Positions 63,065-64,000 of a stretch of DNA of 64,000 bases are shown here, in pieces. Position numbers and translations under genes: made by a program. The DNA comes from an uncultured virus (IMG/VR IMGVR_UViG_3300019378_000034) (Duplodnaviria > Heunggongvirae > Uroviricota > Caudoviricetes), in IMG/VR virus record IMGVR_UViG_3300019378_000034; one strand, 5' to 3'. The notes below the pieces were generated by a model. That model worked only from the letters and a program-made list of their open reading frames with translations, was not told the origin of the DNA and made no database searches. Each line of letters starts with the position of its first letter. The stretch's first letter is position 1.

Positions 63065-64000
63065 TATCCTTCACCTCAATATCTTCAATAAAAATCTGAG
63101 GAGTTACTCTTCCGCCCCATTCATTCAAATTGGCACGACCAACAACTTCTATCTTCATGTCGGGATGCTTATTTAATTCTTCAATCAAATCTTTTGCATG
63201 GAACTTCATATAAGCGATACCAAATTTCTCAAATTTTACAGTATCCTTATTTTTACCCATAATTTGAACATCACTTGCAGAAATGTTAATATCTGTTACA
63301 TGGATCAAAGGTTCTGGATTTTGCTGCCCCCAAATGCCACCATGTGCCCCAATATCATGAATAATATCTGCTAAATCATCATCAGCGGCAATTCTATCAA
63401 AATTTACATCATAGCAGTTTTCACCAAAATCAATTCCAATAAGAGCCTCATTTGCCCACTTGTGGAAATCAGTTAAATGAGAATTAGGGATAGAACAACC
63501 AGCCGCATTGTCATGACCTTGGACATATTCAAACATTCCGCTTTCAGTTAAGAAATCTTTAAAAGAAACCAATTCACTTTGATTCAATCCGCGCATAGAC
63601 CCACGATTAAAGCCTTGCTCATTCAGTCGTGCAACAATAGTGGGACGCTTGAATTTGGCGCTTAACTTCATAGCTAGTAGACCATTTAATTCCGAGGGGA
63701 ATGTATCTTCTTCGTCCAGACGAACAAACAAAATTCTGTTTTCCAACAAATCATACTTATGAATTTTGATTTCAGTTCTATCCATAGCGGTTTCCAAAGA
63801 TTTATTTTGACGATTGCGCGCGTTGCTACATTCACGTGCGGCTTCAACACCAGCTCTTTCCATAGTTCCCTTCGCTCCACGCTTGCCACTAGGAATCATT
63901 TTATCGCCATCTAAGAAAGCTTCAAACAGTCGACACTTTTCATCCATGGTGCCAACACGAATCATCGCATTGACCAGAGGGACAATGTAAAAAGCTACGC
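63048..64000 (-). CDS. recJ: single-stranded DNA exonuclease RecJ (5'-partial)
   Basis: PLVNAMIR.G, GLLAMKLS, RGSMR, QGHDNAAG (DHHA1), WGQQNPEP, NEWGG...QIFIED. Confidence 0.85.
   Translation of the reverse strand, partial: VAFYIVPLVNAMIRVGTMDEKCRLFEAFLDGDKMIPSGKRGAKGTMERAGVEAARECSNARNRQNKSLETAMDRTEIKIHKYDLLENRILFVRLDEEDTFPSELNGLLAMKLSAKFKRPTIVARLNEQGFNRGSMRGLNQSELVSFKDFLTESGMFEYVQGHDNAAGCSIPNSHLTDFHKWANEALIGIDFGENCYDVNFDRIAADDDLADIIHDIGAHGGIWGQQNPEPLIHVTDINISASDVQIMGKNKDTVKFEKFGIAYMKFHAKDLIEELNKHPDMKIEVVGRANLNEWGGRVTPQIFIEDIEVKDNALGF

Overview
This is a 64-kb segment of a large tailed dsDNA bacteriophage with a long non-contractile-type tail module and Firmicutes-style RBS and sigma-A promoters; the host is probably a gut Clostridia-like bacterium (inference). 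The phage appears to read TAG as glutamine (code 15). The fragmented ORFs from 12.7 to 50.7 kb rejoin in frame into full-length terminase, portal, protease, neck, tape-measure and tail genes, and no gene I could delimit ends in TAG. Layout: (1) 1-2.7 kb, small + strand genes (Zn ribbons, a paralog family); (2) 2.7-4.1 kb, an RHH plus GIY-YIG pair, a palindrome-rich non-coding zone, and a three-hairpin sRNA candidate whose loop is complementary to an RBS 44 kb away; (3) 4.1-11.8 kb, a - strand array of mostly single-gene early cassettes with their own promoters and a TTTAGACG-N5-CGTCTAAA palindrome exactly 17 bp (once 27 bp) upstream of the -35 box, two of them apparently RNA-only; (4) 12.7-47.7 kb, the recoded virion module; (5) 47.9-50.7 kb, a six-gene Cys/Gly-rich module of unknown function; (6) 50.7-64 kb, a - strand replication and nucleotide arm (RuvC-like resolvase, dUTPase, ThyX-like, NrdDG, DnaE, RecJ), mostly TAG-free. 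I did not recognise a suppressor tRNA, release factor, integrase, lysin or CRISPR array in the window. All calls come from reading the sequence by eye, with no database searches.
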